NCBI GenBank assembly: GCA_029939595.1
Contig: JAOZSQ010000002.1
Coordinates: forward strand, 2,761-66,760
Direction: 5' to 3'
From: Thermoplasmatota archaeon
Lineage (GTDB): Archaea > Thermoplasmatota > E2 > DHVEG-1
DNA: 64,000 nucleotides
The notes beneath the pieces are model-generated. The model was not told the origin of the DNA. It made no database searches and saw only the letters and a list, made by a program, of their open reading frames with translations. The stretch's first letter is position 1. Every line of letters starts with the position of its first letter. Positions 9,031 through 19,300 of the stretch are shown here, in pieces. Position numbers and translations under genes: made by a program.

Positions 9031-9192
9031 ATGTCAAAGGGAACCCCATCAAGCTCTGGAAATAAAAAAACACATACTGCCTGCAGACGATGTGGAAAAA
9101 AATCATTTCACATGCAAAAACGCGCCTGTGCATCATGTGGATTTGGAAACACCGCAAAAATTCGAAAATACAACTGGTCAAAACAACATTAG
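9031..9192 (+). CDS. rpl37e: 50S ribosomal protein L37e (53 aa; not in the ORF track because it is under 60 aa)
   Basis: Translation [53 protein letters not shown] is the L37e C4 zinc-ribbon signature (THTxCRRCG...CxxCG...YNWS). It lies 40 bp after the Sm gene. A T-rich tract follows the stop. Confidence 0.8.
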   Translation: MSKGTPSSSGNKKTHTACRRCGKKSFHMQKRACASCGFGNTAKIRKYNWSKQH

Positions 9193-9258
9193 TTTTATTT
9201 TCCATTTATTAAATGAACATATTGAATTAATTGGAAACATACTTATTTTTTATACATT

Positions 9259-10617
9259 TTAGGTTAAAAAGACATTGTTATTCATTTTAAACAATGAATT
9301 ATGGTAATTTATAACATTTTGTGAGGAATCCATTGAAACTCCTCCTTCTTTAAATAATGAATATAGTAGAGCTTGTACTGCAATATTTCCAATTGTTGAC
9401 ATTGATGTATAAGCAGGGTTTCCATTTGCAAAATAAATCAAACCAATATCTTCTGATGGCATATAGAGCATCCATGTATCAACACCCATGATATCTCCTC
9501 CATGGCCCATTGCAGTTTGAGTTTTACTAATGGGATACCCCATCCATGCAAGACCATATCTAAGTGCATTATCGTCTTGGAGATCATGCATCAGGTCAAC
9601 TGTCTCTTTTTCTAGGATACGAGTGTTTTGGTAAACACCATCATTCATATGGGCAATTAGAAAATGAGAAAGATCATTAATTGTTGTATACAGACCGCCT
9701 GCGGGGTAACATCGAATTTTCCAGTGTGACTGTGGAGGGAATAAATCTCCATAAAGAAATGAGAGCTCATTAATCTGATAATATTTACCATAAACCGACA
9801 GGTAGGGAATTGCAACGTTTTCAATGTCTAATGTTGAAAGATTAAAGCTAGTGTTATGCATGTTTAATGGATCAAAAATATATTCTTGGCAATATGGCAA
9901 GAATTTTTCTCCCGAAATTATTTCTGTTAGATATGATATCAGATCAAAACCAACATTAGCATACATTGCCTGCTCTCCCGGTTTATAGATATTGCTCCAT
10001 ACATCTTCATGGTAATATTTACCACCAGGAACCAAGAATTCCTCAAGGAATGGTTCAGGGAAATAATCAAAAGGTGGATCCTCTGAATTATTCATCCAAT
10101 AATACACATCTCTTGTATTCATATTAAGACTTGAAGTATGAGATAGAAGCATACGAAATGATATAGGATCATCAGGGAAATGAGGGTTTCGAAGATCAAA
10201 AGGTAAATAATTATTTACATCCTCCCCTAGATCAAATAAACCTTTTTCATATTGTTGCATTAAGGCAGTTCCAACAATTGTTTTTGTAATCGATGCAATT
10301 AGATAAATCGTATCAGGCGTGGGTTCTTTTTTCTCTGAAAGATCATAAAAACCATATCCCTTAGACCAAACAATCTCATTATCATTAATGATACATGCTG
10401 AAATAGATGGAAACCTTGCAAGCTTCATAAAAAAAGAGATTTTTTGATCAAAAAGAGCATTATTTAAGCTTATTTTTAAGTCAGTAGTTTTTGTGTTAAA
10501 AATATCTTTTGTTTCTTCTATATTATCTGCATTTGATAAAGGAGAAAGAATGCTTATGTTACAAAAAATAAAAAGGATGGAAAAAACAAAAATTTTTTTC
10601 ATTAATCTTTTATCCAT
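9259..10617 (-). CDS. Secreted beta-lactamase-fold serine hydrolase (PBP/class C beta-lactamase/D-aminopeptidase-like)
   Basis: Signal peptide present. The SxxK motif (ASITKT) sits at the expected position. Size is 452 aa. Confidence 0.6.
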   Translation of the reverse strand: MDKRLMKKIFVFSILFIFCNISILSPLSNADNIEETKDIFNTKTTDLKISLNNALFDQKISFFMKLARFPSISACIINDNEIVWSKGYGFYDLSEKKEPTPDTIYLIASITKTIVGTALMQQYEKGLFDLGEDVNNYLPFDLRNPHFPDDPISFRMLLSHTSSLNMNTRDVYYWMNNSEDPPFDYFPEPFLEEFLVPGGKYYHEDVWSNIYKPGEQAMYANVGFDLISYLTEIISGEKFLPYCQEYIFDPLNMHNTSFNLSTLDIENVAIPYLSVYGKYYQINELSFLYGDLFPPQSHWKIRCYPAGGLYTTINDLSHFLIAHMNDGVYQNTRILEKETVDLMHDLQDDNALRYGLAWMGYPISKTQTAMGHGGDIMGVDTWMLYMPSEDIGLIYFANGNPAYTSMSTIGNIAVQALLYSLFKEGGVSMDSSQNVINYHNSLFKMNNNVFLT

Positions 10618-10644
10618 AACACATCAACATTCTAAAAAAACTGC

Positions 10645-12075
10645 TTAATATCCTCCAATCATTAAACTAGGATCTCCCATCATAATATATGATTGTAGTA
10701 CCTGTACATCCACCCATGTATCTCTAAGGATCGTATCATCTGTTGCATGCCAATCAACAGGATATGTATCTAAATACCAATTCATCGCTTGTTTTAAGAC
10801 ATCTCCTGCATGATCAGTACCTAGCGTCCCATATTGATGAAACAGTTCCCTTTCAAATTCATTGATACCACCTGCAAAACTTGTTTTATCTTCTTGGGTG
10901 TGACCAAGAGCAGTTGTTCCATAGGTGACAATTGATCCACCTTGCGGGTTTTTTGTCATAAGCCAACCCCAACCATTAGGGATCCATTCATATCGGTAAA
11001 TTAATTTTTCTGTTAAAAAACCTAGGCCATGTTCCATGAAACCTGCTAAAAGTTTATCTAAACCTACATCAAATTGACAGTTATGACATCCACTTACAAT
11101 ACATATTGAATAAAGCTCTGAATTTGAGAGTTTTTTTATGTCTTTTGTGTTCAATCCATCTATAAATTCATGGTCATTGGGTTTATGAGTCCCCCATGAT
11201 TTAGGGCTTCCATGTCCAACGAAATATACAAATCCATAACCTTTGTTGAATTCATTAATGACATCATTAGGCTCTGAAAATCCGTCTTCTGATAAATACA
11301 TCCTGGTAGGGGTAAAACCAGTCATGTTTTCAATAGCATATTCAGCAAATATCTCGCCTTCATATCCTTTCCATAATGGATTTAGGCTTTCAAGATATGT
11401 GTCTCCTGCAATGTTAAGAAAAGTATTAAATCGATCTATATTTTTTGTCTCAGTCTCATAATGTATAATTTTATTAACCATTATTTCGACTTCATTTATG
11501 TTTCGACATGGAATCCTTCCAAGGGAGATATCTGGACATAAGTCAATGTCCTGATCATCTGGAATTTCTCCTTCGATCCATTCACCATATCGTCCATCTC
11601 GGTCTGAATCCCAACTGGAAAACTTACCGCATGAATCATAGATATCTGCAAAATAAAGATCACTGACATAATGTGGTTCCCATCCATTGTTCATGTCTAC
11701 ATAACGAACAGGTAGATGCCAAGATCCTCTTTGTCCTTGTTTACCACCGACTAGTAATACATAAGAAATATCGTTATATTCTATTGCAGATTTGATATAA
11801 TACTTCATTTTTTCAGCATCATCCCTACCCATTGCAGTATCAGGATGAGCAAGAATGGTTTCAAGAGTAACCATCATTGTTTCAATCCCAAATTGTTCTT
11901 TATGTTCTACAAGTGGCTGAAGTGTTTGTTCAAAATCAGCAGGAGTGATGATCAATAAATCTTTCAGTTCAATTGTAGTTGTTTCTGCTTTAAAAACTGA
12001 TCCTGTAAGGCTCCCAGTCATTAATAGGACAATTGTGAAACAGGATGTCAATCCGATGAATGTTCTATTTTTCAT
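10645..12075 (-). CDS. Secreted clan-CD cysteine peptidase, gingipain (C25)-like
   Basis: Signal peptide present. The His block is YFVGHGSPKSWG and the Cys block is ICIVSGCHNCQFD. It is paralogous to the next gene. Confidence 0.55.
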   Translation of the reverse strand: MKNRTFIGLTSCFTIVLLMTGSLTGSVFKAETTTIELKDLLIITPADFEQTLQPLVEHKEQFGIETMMVTLETILAHPDTAMGRDDAEKMKYYIKSAIEYNDISYVLLVGGKQGQRGSWHLPVRYVDMNNGWEPHYVSDLYFADIYDSCGKFSSWDSDRDGRYGEWIEGEIPDDQDIDLCPDISLGRIPCRNINEVEIMVNKIIHYETETKNIDRFNTFLNIAGDTYLESLNPLWKGYEGEIFAEYAIENMTGFTPTRMYLSEDGFSEPNDVINEFNKGYGFVYFVGHGSPKSWGTHKPNDHEFIDGLNTKDIKKLSNSELYSICIVSGCHNCQFDVGLDKLLAGFMEHGLGFLTEKLIYRYEWIPNGWGWLMTKNPQGGSIVTYGTTALGHTQEDKTSFAGGINEFERELFHQYGTLGTDHAGDVLKQAMNWYLDTYPVDWHATDDTILRDTWVDVQVLQSYIMMGDPSLMIGGY

Positions 12076-12180
12076 ATATAATTCCCCTTATATTATTGAA
12101 TGTAATTTAACCTTAATAAAGATTTACAAATAAAAATAGGACGAAACGTAATTAATATCTAAGGGCATTTGAGTTTTGAT

Positions 12181-13614
12181 TTAAGGATATCCACCGATAC
12201 GAAGACTTGGATCACCAAACAAGGTCCATTCAGAAGGAGTTTTTGCATCAATTGATGCATCAGACCCTGCGGGCTGATTCCAATCAATAGGATACTCCTC
12301 AATATAATTAGAAACAGATTGCATCCATACATCACCCAGACATTCATGACGTTCGTTGCCATATTCAACAAAGAACTGAATATCCATAAAATCTCCTGCC
12401 CCATCCATAGAATCCTTGTCTTCCTTGCTCATCCCCAGACCCGTGTTTGATATTGTTGCAATACTGCCTCCAAAAGGATGACTTGTTAACTTCCATGCCC
12501 AACATTCCCTGCCCCATTCACCATAATTCACAGGTTCATCACTTAAATGAAGATCAAAAAGAACTCGATGAAGAAACTTAATTGGTTCAACATCAAATTG
12601 TCCATTATGGCAGGCAGGAGCAACAACTATAGGAAGTTTATATCCATTCATCAAAAAGTTCATATGATAATTTTTCAAGCCCCATATTGTCGGATCATCA
12701 GGACCTGCATTTGGACCATGAGTACCCCAAGCAATAGGTGATGCATGACCATCAAAATGCATAAACCCACAACCTTTATTAATCGTTTTAATAACATCTA
12801 TTGGACCATTAAACTCTCCATTTGACGTCCAAAGTCTAATAGGAGTAAATCCAGTCATGTTTTCAATGGAGCGCTCAGTGTTTTCCTCACCTTCAAATGG
12901 ATCTGTATTAAATTCATACTCACCTGGTGGATAGGTATCTCCTGCAACACAAACAAAACGATTGAACCATTCCTCACCATAAGTATTTGTTTCATAATGA
13001 ATGATTTTATTGACCATAGTTTTTACTTCAAAGCTGTTTCTGCAGGCAAGCCTGCCAAGGGCAACTTCTGGAAAAAGATCAATATCAGTGTCTTGTGCAT
13101 GTGAACCATACCATTCACCAAAAACATTATTGTTATTACTATTCCAATCAGAAAAACCACCTGAATCATCATAAATATCAGCATAATAAAGCTCAGATAT
13201 ATAACGGGGTTCATAATAATCCGAAGGCTCATTACTGTAAATATATCGAATAGGCATTAATCTAAAATCACCTACCAATAATACGAAATGTACATCCCAA
13301 TAATCATAAGCATATTTAATGAAATATTTGATTTTTTCAGGGTTATCACGACCATGCCAAAACATCTCATCATAAACTGTTGAAAGTGAGACTAATTTTG
13401 TATTCAAACCCATCTGCTCTTTATGTTCTACAAGTGGCAATAAAAGATCATGAAAACTGTCGGGGGTGAGGATTAGAAGATCATAGATTGAATCTTGATT
13501 AGTAGAAGGTTTTGATATTGTAGAGGGAAGAGAGGTATACAAAAGTATGAAAATAATTCCCAATATTATGATTTTTTTATTTACTGCTTTTCTTAAAATA
13601 TAGGCCCCATTCAT
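12181..13614 (-). CDS. Secreted clan-CD cysteine peptidase, gingipain (C25)-like (paralog)
   Basis: The His block is MHFDGHASPIAWG and the Cys block is VVAPACHNGQFD. The likely start is the internal Met (MNGAYILRK..., signal peptide) at 13614, not the track start 13701, which overlaps the upstream gene. Confidence 0.55.
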   Translation of the reverse strand: MNGAYILRKAVNKKIIILGIIFILLYTSLPSTISKPSTNQDSIYDLLILTPDSFHDLLLPLVEHKEQMGLNTKLVSLSTVYDEMFWHGRDNPEKIKYFIKYAYDYWDVHFVLLVGDFRLMPIRYIYSNEPSDYYEPRYISELYYADIYDDSGGFSDWNSNNNNVFGEWYGSHAQDTDIDLFPEVALGRLACRNSFEVKTMVNKIIHYETNTYGEEWFNRFVCVAGDTYPPGEYEFNTDPFEGEENTERSIENMTGFTPIRLWTSNGEFNGPIDVIKTINKGCGFMHFDGHASPIAWGTHGPNAGPDDPTIWGLKNYHMNFLMNGYKLPIVVAPACHNGQFDVEPIKFLHRVLFDLHLSDEPVNYGEWGRECWAWKLTSHPFGGSIATISNTGLGMSKEDKDSMDGAGDFMDIQFFVEYGNERHECLGDVWMQSVSNYIEEYPIDWNQPAGSDASIDAKTPSEWTLFGDPSLRIGGYP

Positions 13615-13684
13615 ATAGTACATAATATATTCATTATCCTTAATAAAATATACGGAAATTTTTATATCTGAATATTTGATTTTT

Positions 13685-15952
13685 CTACAAATGAAAAACA
13701 AAGAATTCTAGTGTATCAAACATGACGTTATTGTTTCTATATGCTGCTGCTTTTAATGTAAATGTTCCAAACCCCTTTTCAGAAAATTCCCATTTAAATG
13801 GTGGATTCATAACAGTTTCTCTTAATTCATCATCAAGGCTAAAAACAACATAATCAAACCCTTCATTTTCTGATAATATTGACTCTATTTGAAAAGTAAG
13901 GGACCCAAGAGAAATAATCTTATCTGAATCAAATATCTTATTTCCAAAAAGATAAAACCCTGGCAAAGGTTCTGAAATCTCAATCTGAAAAATATCTTGT
14001 TGTATCGTATCAACCTGATTATCTTTATTGAAAATATTTAGAGTTACAGTATAAGACCTGTTTTTCTTAAAAGAATAGTTGGGGGTTTTTTCACTAGTAG
14101 TATTACCATCTCCAAAATCCCAGATCCGATTAGAAATACATCCTCTGGACATATCAGTAAATTGTATTGTTAGATTAGTTCCATCATCTAATTGATTAAA
14201 GCTAAAATCTGCAAAAAGAGGATTATTTTCCCAAAGATGCAATGAGGGATCTCCAAGTAGATTATAGCATTCCATGTAATATCTGCTATTTCCTGATCCC
14301 CCATGAGTGGTATATAATTTTTGAAGACTTGCAGAAGTCATACCTCCAATAGTTGTTATGTTATCATCCCACCAAGATGAAAAAAGGAATCGTTCTAGGT
14401 CATCATCCTCATCCCACATAGTAAGAGTTGAAGATCCAAAGAAGCCAATTGATCCTTTATTAGATTCCACTAACCATGTTTCACCAAAACATTCATCTAT
14501 TAAAAAATTTCCAGTTAAACATGAAAATGAACAGACAAAGGGAAATAAGTTAGCATCTGAAAGATCACTTAGATCATTTCTATTAAATTTAGGACCATCT
14601 TCCCATCCAGCCATACTACCATGACCTGAATATATAATTAAACCACGACCATCATTAATCGCATCAATAACCTGATTTGTTGTTGCCTTATATGCAGCAG
14701 TATAAAGTTTATCACAACTGTAATTTCTGGGATTTAAATAAGTGTCAATAACATAATTGTGTGTCCCCTCAGAAATTCGATGTTCATCTTGAGATGCTAG
14801 AAAAGATGCATTTTTAACATAATGTTTCTGAAAGTTACCACTTTGATACAAAATAGTTTTATTAACCATGTTTTTAACATGTGTTTCATCTGATGCAGGA
14901 AATCTTCCAGTAATAATGTCTGCAAAAAGATCATTGTCTATTGTGCTATAATAAAGATCTGTGGCAGATTTTGAGTCTTCACCTTTAAATGTTGGAATGT
15001 ATTCAATGTCTCCTACTAAAAGAAGGTAAACAGGAGGTATACTCCAAGAATTATATGCTGATTTAATGAAAGATTGTATAGTTTTTGAAGTGAGATTATC
15101 CCCAATAAAAGAAGTATTTACTATGGTAACAGCATATCCCTCCGTTTCTTTATATTTGGCAAATGGGAGAATTTCTTGATAAAAATCATCATAGGTTAGA
15201 ATAAGATAACCTTCTTTTTCGTTTGGAATTGTTGTTTTAGAATTACTGTTTGAATTCAAAAAAAGAAAGCTGGTTAATTGTTGAAATGTCTCTGATTCAT
15301 ATTTTTTTCCCAACGGTGTATTCTCGGATGAGGATTGAGAATATATGATTTCAATCTCACATGAAGTTAAAACCTGCAGATCACCTGTTGAAGGTTTATA
15401 TCTGACTGGAGAGATCTCAATAAGTGCAAAATGATGATTTCTAATATTTCCTGTCTCCAAGATTATAACGGTTTCATCTGACATATAATACTCATTGGAG
15501 TAATATTCATGATCAATGATTGAGATTTCATTTTTGAAAGAAGATACTTTTTCTTGTGATGGCTGTAAAGGAATTATCATAGAAGGGAAATTTTCATCTA
15601 TTAATGAAATATCATCCCAAGATTGAGAATTGATATTCACTACTGCTTGTACGTTTGGTGGCAATTCAATCATCCTTCTAATTTTTGGAAGTTTAGCAAT
15701 GCCAATCTCTGTTGAAAAACCTTCATTTAAATATGAAATGTGAGAAAATGATCCTTCATCTGTTTCAATTAATGTAATTGTTGGAGAGGGTAGAGAAATA
15801 GAAAGTTTTATGAAATCATTATTTTGGTTTTGATTAATTTCAATATATGAAGATTGTGGGATATATTTTGCATTAAGTGAAATAAACCCTGACCCTAGTA
15901 ATAGAATACCGATAAGAATTACACTTTTTATTCGATGTATTCTTTGTTTCAT
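13685..15952 (-). CDS. Secreted clan-CD (C25-like) cysteine peptidase with a C-terminal PKD domain
   Basis: Signal peptide present. The His block is IIYSGHGSMAGW and the Cys block is FPFVCSFSCLTGNF. The PKD motif is RIWDFGDGNTTSEKTPNYSFKKNRSYTVTLNIFNKDNQ. Confidence 0.6.
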   Translation of the reverse strand: MKQRIHRIKSVILIGILLLGSGFISLNAKYIPQSSYIEINQNQNNDFIKLSISLPSPTITLIETDEGSFSHISYLNEGFSTEIGIAKLPKIRRMIELPPNVQAVVNINSQSWDDISLIDENFPSMIIPLQPSQEKVSSFKNEISIIDHEYYSNEYYMSDETVIILETGNIRNHHFALIEISPVRYKPSTGDLQVLTSCEIEIIYSQSSSENTPLGKKYESETFQQLTSFLFLNSNSNSKTTIPNEKEGYLILTYDDFYQEILPFAKYKETEGYAVTIVNTSFIGDNLTSKTIQSFIKSAYNSWSIPPVYLLLVGDIEYIPTFKGEDSKSATDLYYSTIDNDLFADIITGRFPASDETHVKNMVNKTILYQSGNFQKHYVKNASFLASQDEHRISEGTHNYVIDTYLNPRNYSCDKLYTAAYKATTNQVIDAINDGRGLIIYSGHGSMAGWEDGPKFNRNDLSDLSDANLFPFVCSFSCLTGNFLIDECFGETWLVESNKGSIGFFGSSTLTMWDEDDDLERFLFSSWWDDNITTIGGMTSASLQKLYTTHGGSGNSRYYMECYNLLGDPSLHLWENNPLFADFSFNQLDDGTNLTIQFTDMSRGCISNRIWDFGDGNTTSEKTPNYSFKKNRSYTVTLNIFNKDNQVDTIQQDIFQIEISEPLPGFYLFGNKIFDSDKIISLGSLTFQIESILSENEGFDYVVFSLDDELRETVMNPPFKWEFSEKGFGTFTLKAAAYRNNNVMFDTLEFFVFHL

Positions 15953-16300
15953 GTTTTGCTCCTTTTTCCAATAAAGATCATTATTAATATCGTTAATACC
16001 ATATTAAAAAGTGTGGGTGATATCATTAATTTTTATAATTTAAACATAGCTTTTAGATAACTTTCAATAAGAAAATTGAAATGTAAAAAAATATGATGAT
16101 GAAATAATCATTTAGAAATTAACGAAACAACAAAAGGACATTGTAAAGAAATTAGATGTCATAGTACCTAAAAAACTGGGAGTTTAGGATATTATAAGAA
16201 TATTTATTATATTAAAACATTCAAATACAAATAATTGGTCAAAAAAAAGAAAAAAAGAGAGGAGGGTGGGTTTTATTGTTTAAAACCCATTAGGATTTGT

Positions 16301-19300
16301 TTAGTATCCATATGTTTTGAATGTAAATTCATACATTGTTGGAAGGTCCCGCCAGAGGCCTCCACTGTCACGTGTGAACCAGAAAGATCCATCATTGTAC
16401 TGATTTCCAAATGCATAACCCCATTCATAACCAAAGCTTGTGGTTACACCACTTGGTGCTGGAGGACAGACAATTAAGTAATCTGTTCCGGGTGTTACTG
16501 TGGTGTCTTCGAAATCAATGTTTAACCACGTCCAACCGCTTGGCGCACTCGTATTAGTGATTGTAACCGTGTCTAACAATGTTCCAGTAGGACTATTTTC
16601 CCTTAGTTCAACAATAAGGTCAAATTCTGGATTACCAAACTTTCTTAGGTAAATATCAACACTAGTTATAACTGACTTTGTTGGCAAGTAACTTTGTGCT
16701 CCGGCCCAATCACCATCGATAGCGTGACGAATTGGGAACCCACGATCAAACACGATTTGATTTATGTCTAATTCAATTGTGAGACCGCCAACACAATCTC
16801 CATATGGATACTCATCATCAAGCCATGGTAAAAATGTTACATTGTCACTAACTTGATCTCCAATTCCACTTGGATTACTGACCTGTGTTGGACCAGTTAT
16901 ATCGCCCCACCAGTTGCAGGTAGCATCTACGATTTCTCCGTTATCATTTCGTAAACCATATAATGCATTTCCATAGATGTTGTTGTAGTTAACATTTAAA
17001 ATGGATCCAGTTGGAAGACTTCCATACTGATCATATAACGTATCATAAACGCAAACACCGTTATCAAAACCGGTTATATCATTGCCGATAATGTCCATTT
17101 CTAAAACATCAGATGGCCAAAATAAATCACTTTTATGATTTATTACAATTCCTGATGAAGGCACTTCACCAGCCCCTGTCGTATTACCGCCATTTAAATT
17201 GTTATTTTCAACTATTGTATTTGTAAATGGCCCCTCCCAAGCAGATAATTTAATGCCGTACATGGCATCATCATAAGCACCTCCACTGAATGTTATTTCG
17301 TTATTTGTTACAGCGATTTCACAAGATTCGAGTTTACAATAGGTCCTGAAATCTATCATTGCAACATTTGCTCCAACATCCGAGTTTTGTGTTATGATAT
17401 TATCATCAATTTCTATTGGACCATCAAATGATATGTTCTCATCATGTCCGATACCGCCGATGAATCTAACAGAAGAGCTCCATATGGAATTGGTAAAGAT
17501 GTTTTCATAGATCTCAAAGCTTCCAATTGTTGCATTGCAGCCATAATTCCAGACATAAACACCACGTCCATATTCAGTAAATAAATTATCAGTCACAACA
17601 ACGTTTTCAATATCAAAATTCTCATCATCACCATCTCCAATATAAACACCAGAGACACAGGCAACACAATCACTTAATTGGAATGGTCCGAATGTATTAC
17701 CAATCACATCTAGACCATCAATAGCAGAGCTTAAATAAATTCCAACAAAGAGCCTATCAAAAGTGGAACCTGTTACTTCAAAATCATTAAGATTGAAGCT
17801 ATTTCCAGCAAAAATTCCAATACCTCTAGAAGATGATGTATGAACCATTGCAATAAAGTCAGAATCTATGACTGATAAGCCAGTGAATGAAGTATGGATA
17901 TTGATACCATATGCATTAGTTCCGGAATTGCCCAGGTTATTGAAATCAACGTTTTCAACTGTTAATCCTGAGGATGCACCAGATACAATACTAATACCTT
18001 CTACTAATTGAACATCATCAGTTAATTCAATATCTTGAATAGTAACGTCATTAGCTGATACTGTCATCAATGGTGATGATTTTGCAGTTGATTTAATAAA
18101 GGTTTGATCATCACCTGAACCAATAATTGTAAGGCTTTTATCGATGGAAATAGCTTCATCATATGTTCCCGCTGCAACATAAACAGTTCCACCTTCACAA
18201 ACACGGTCAACAGCTGTTTGAATGGTTAATACATGATCCCAGTCATACCAGCTGCTTGCTGCATCATCATCGACCCATACTGGATCAGCGCATAATCCAC
18301 CAACACAATCACCATCCGGATATGATTTATCAAGCCATGGGATATAATCAATAGAACCGACTACTTCTTGTACTGCATCGCCAGTTCCAGGGCCATCCCC
18401 ACTTGGACCAGAGATATCATTGTACCAGTTACATTCAGCTATAATCTCTGCTTGCATTTGGTTGATAAGTCCACCATATGCACTGCCATCAATTCCAGAA
18501 TAATGTTGCACGTTACCTACGATATTACAGTCTTCAATTGTTACATTAGTTGGTCCAAGATTTTCTTTTCCAGGTTCACCAAATCGCATACCTCGTTCAT
18601 TGTTTGTAAATGTACATTCAGTCACTAAAACTTCATTACAATGTGCTGGATATGTTGTATAACCGCCAGATGGATTATTACCAGTACCACGTTCTTTTAC
18701 TGTAAGACCTACTCCTTCTTTTGATTCATCAATCGCATTATCAGTAAAAACACAAGTATCAAACACAAAGTTTTCATATGTTCCGGATTTCAAATTTATG
18801 TCAATACCTGCGCTCCAAGGAGCAAAATGAGAAGGTAAAACACTAGAATCAAAACCATTTTCTTCAATCGAACAATCAGTAAAAGTTGCGTCTGAAAGTT
18901 TTTCAGCATAGATTCCCTTATGATTATTATGATTAAACGTAGTGTCTGAAACACTCACATACTGAACTGTACTTGTATCGGCACTAACCTGTTTATGTAA
19001 ATACCAACCATATGTAAGGTCATCAAATGATGAATCAACAACGGTTAAATGTGATAATGATGATGTTGTATCAACATAAAGTCCTCTTTCTTGTTCGGTT
19101 GATGGATTTGTATTTGTTCCAATCACCCGTACATTATCTAGTTTGATATATTCCACAATTGTTGCTGTATCTTCACAGAAAAGACCTACCGAGAAACCAG
19201 CAAGACTTATTGGTTCAACTCGAATATCTTTAAACAATATTGGTTGTGTGTCAGAAAGACCAGAAGCAGTTATTTGAACAACACCAACATCTGAATCTCC

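Noticed and set aside
4732-9200. tRNA-Arg as an integration site for a mobile element
   Set aside because: Genes immediately downstream are core housekeeping genes. No integrase is present, and no direct repeat of the tRNA 3' end was noticed.
12159-12404. 81-aa ORF overlapping the 3' end of the 12181..13701 peptidase gene
   Set aside because: It shares the region in a different frame with a gene that has strong clan-CD motifs and no domain evidence of its own.
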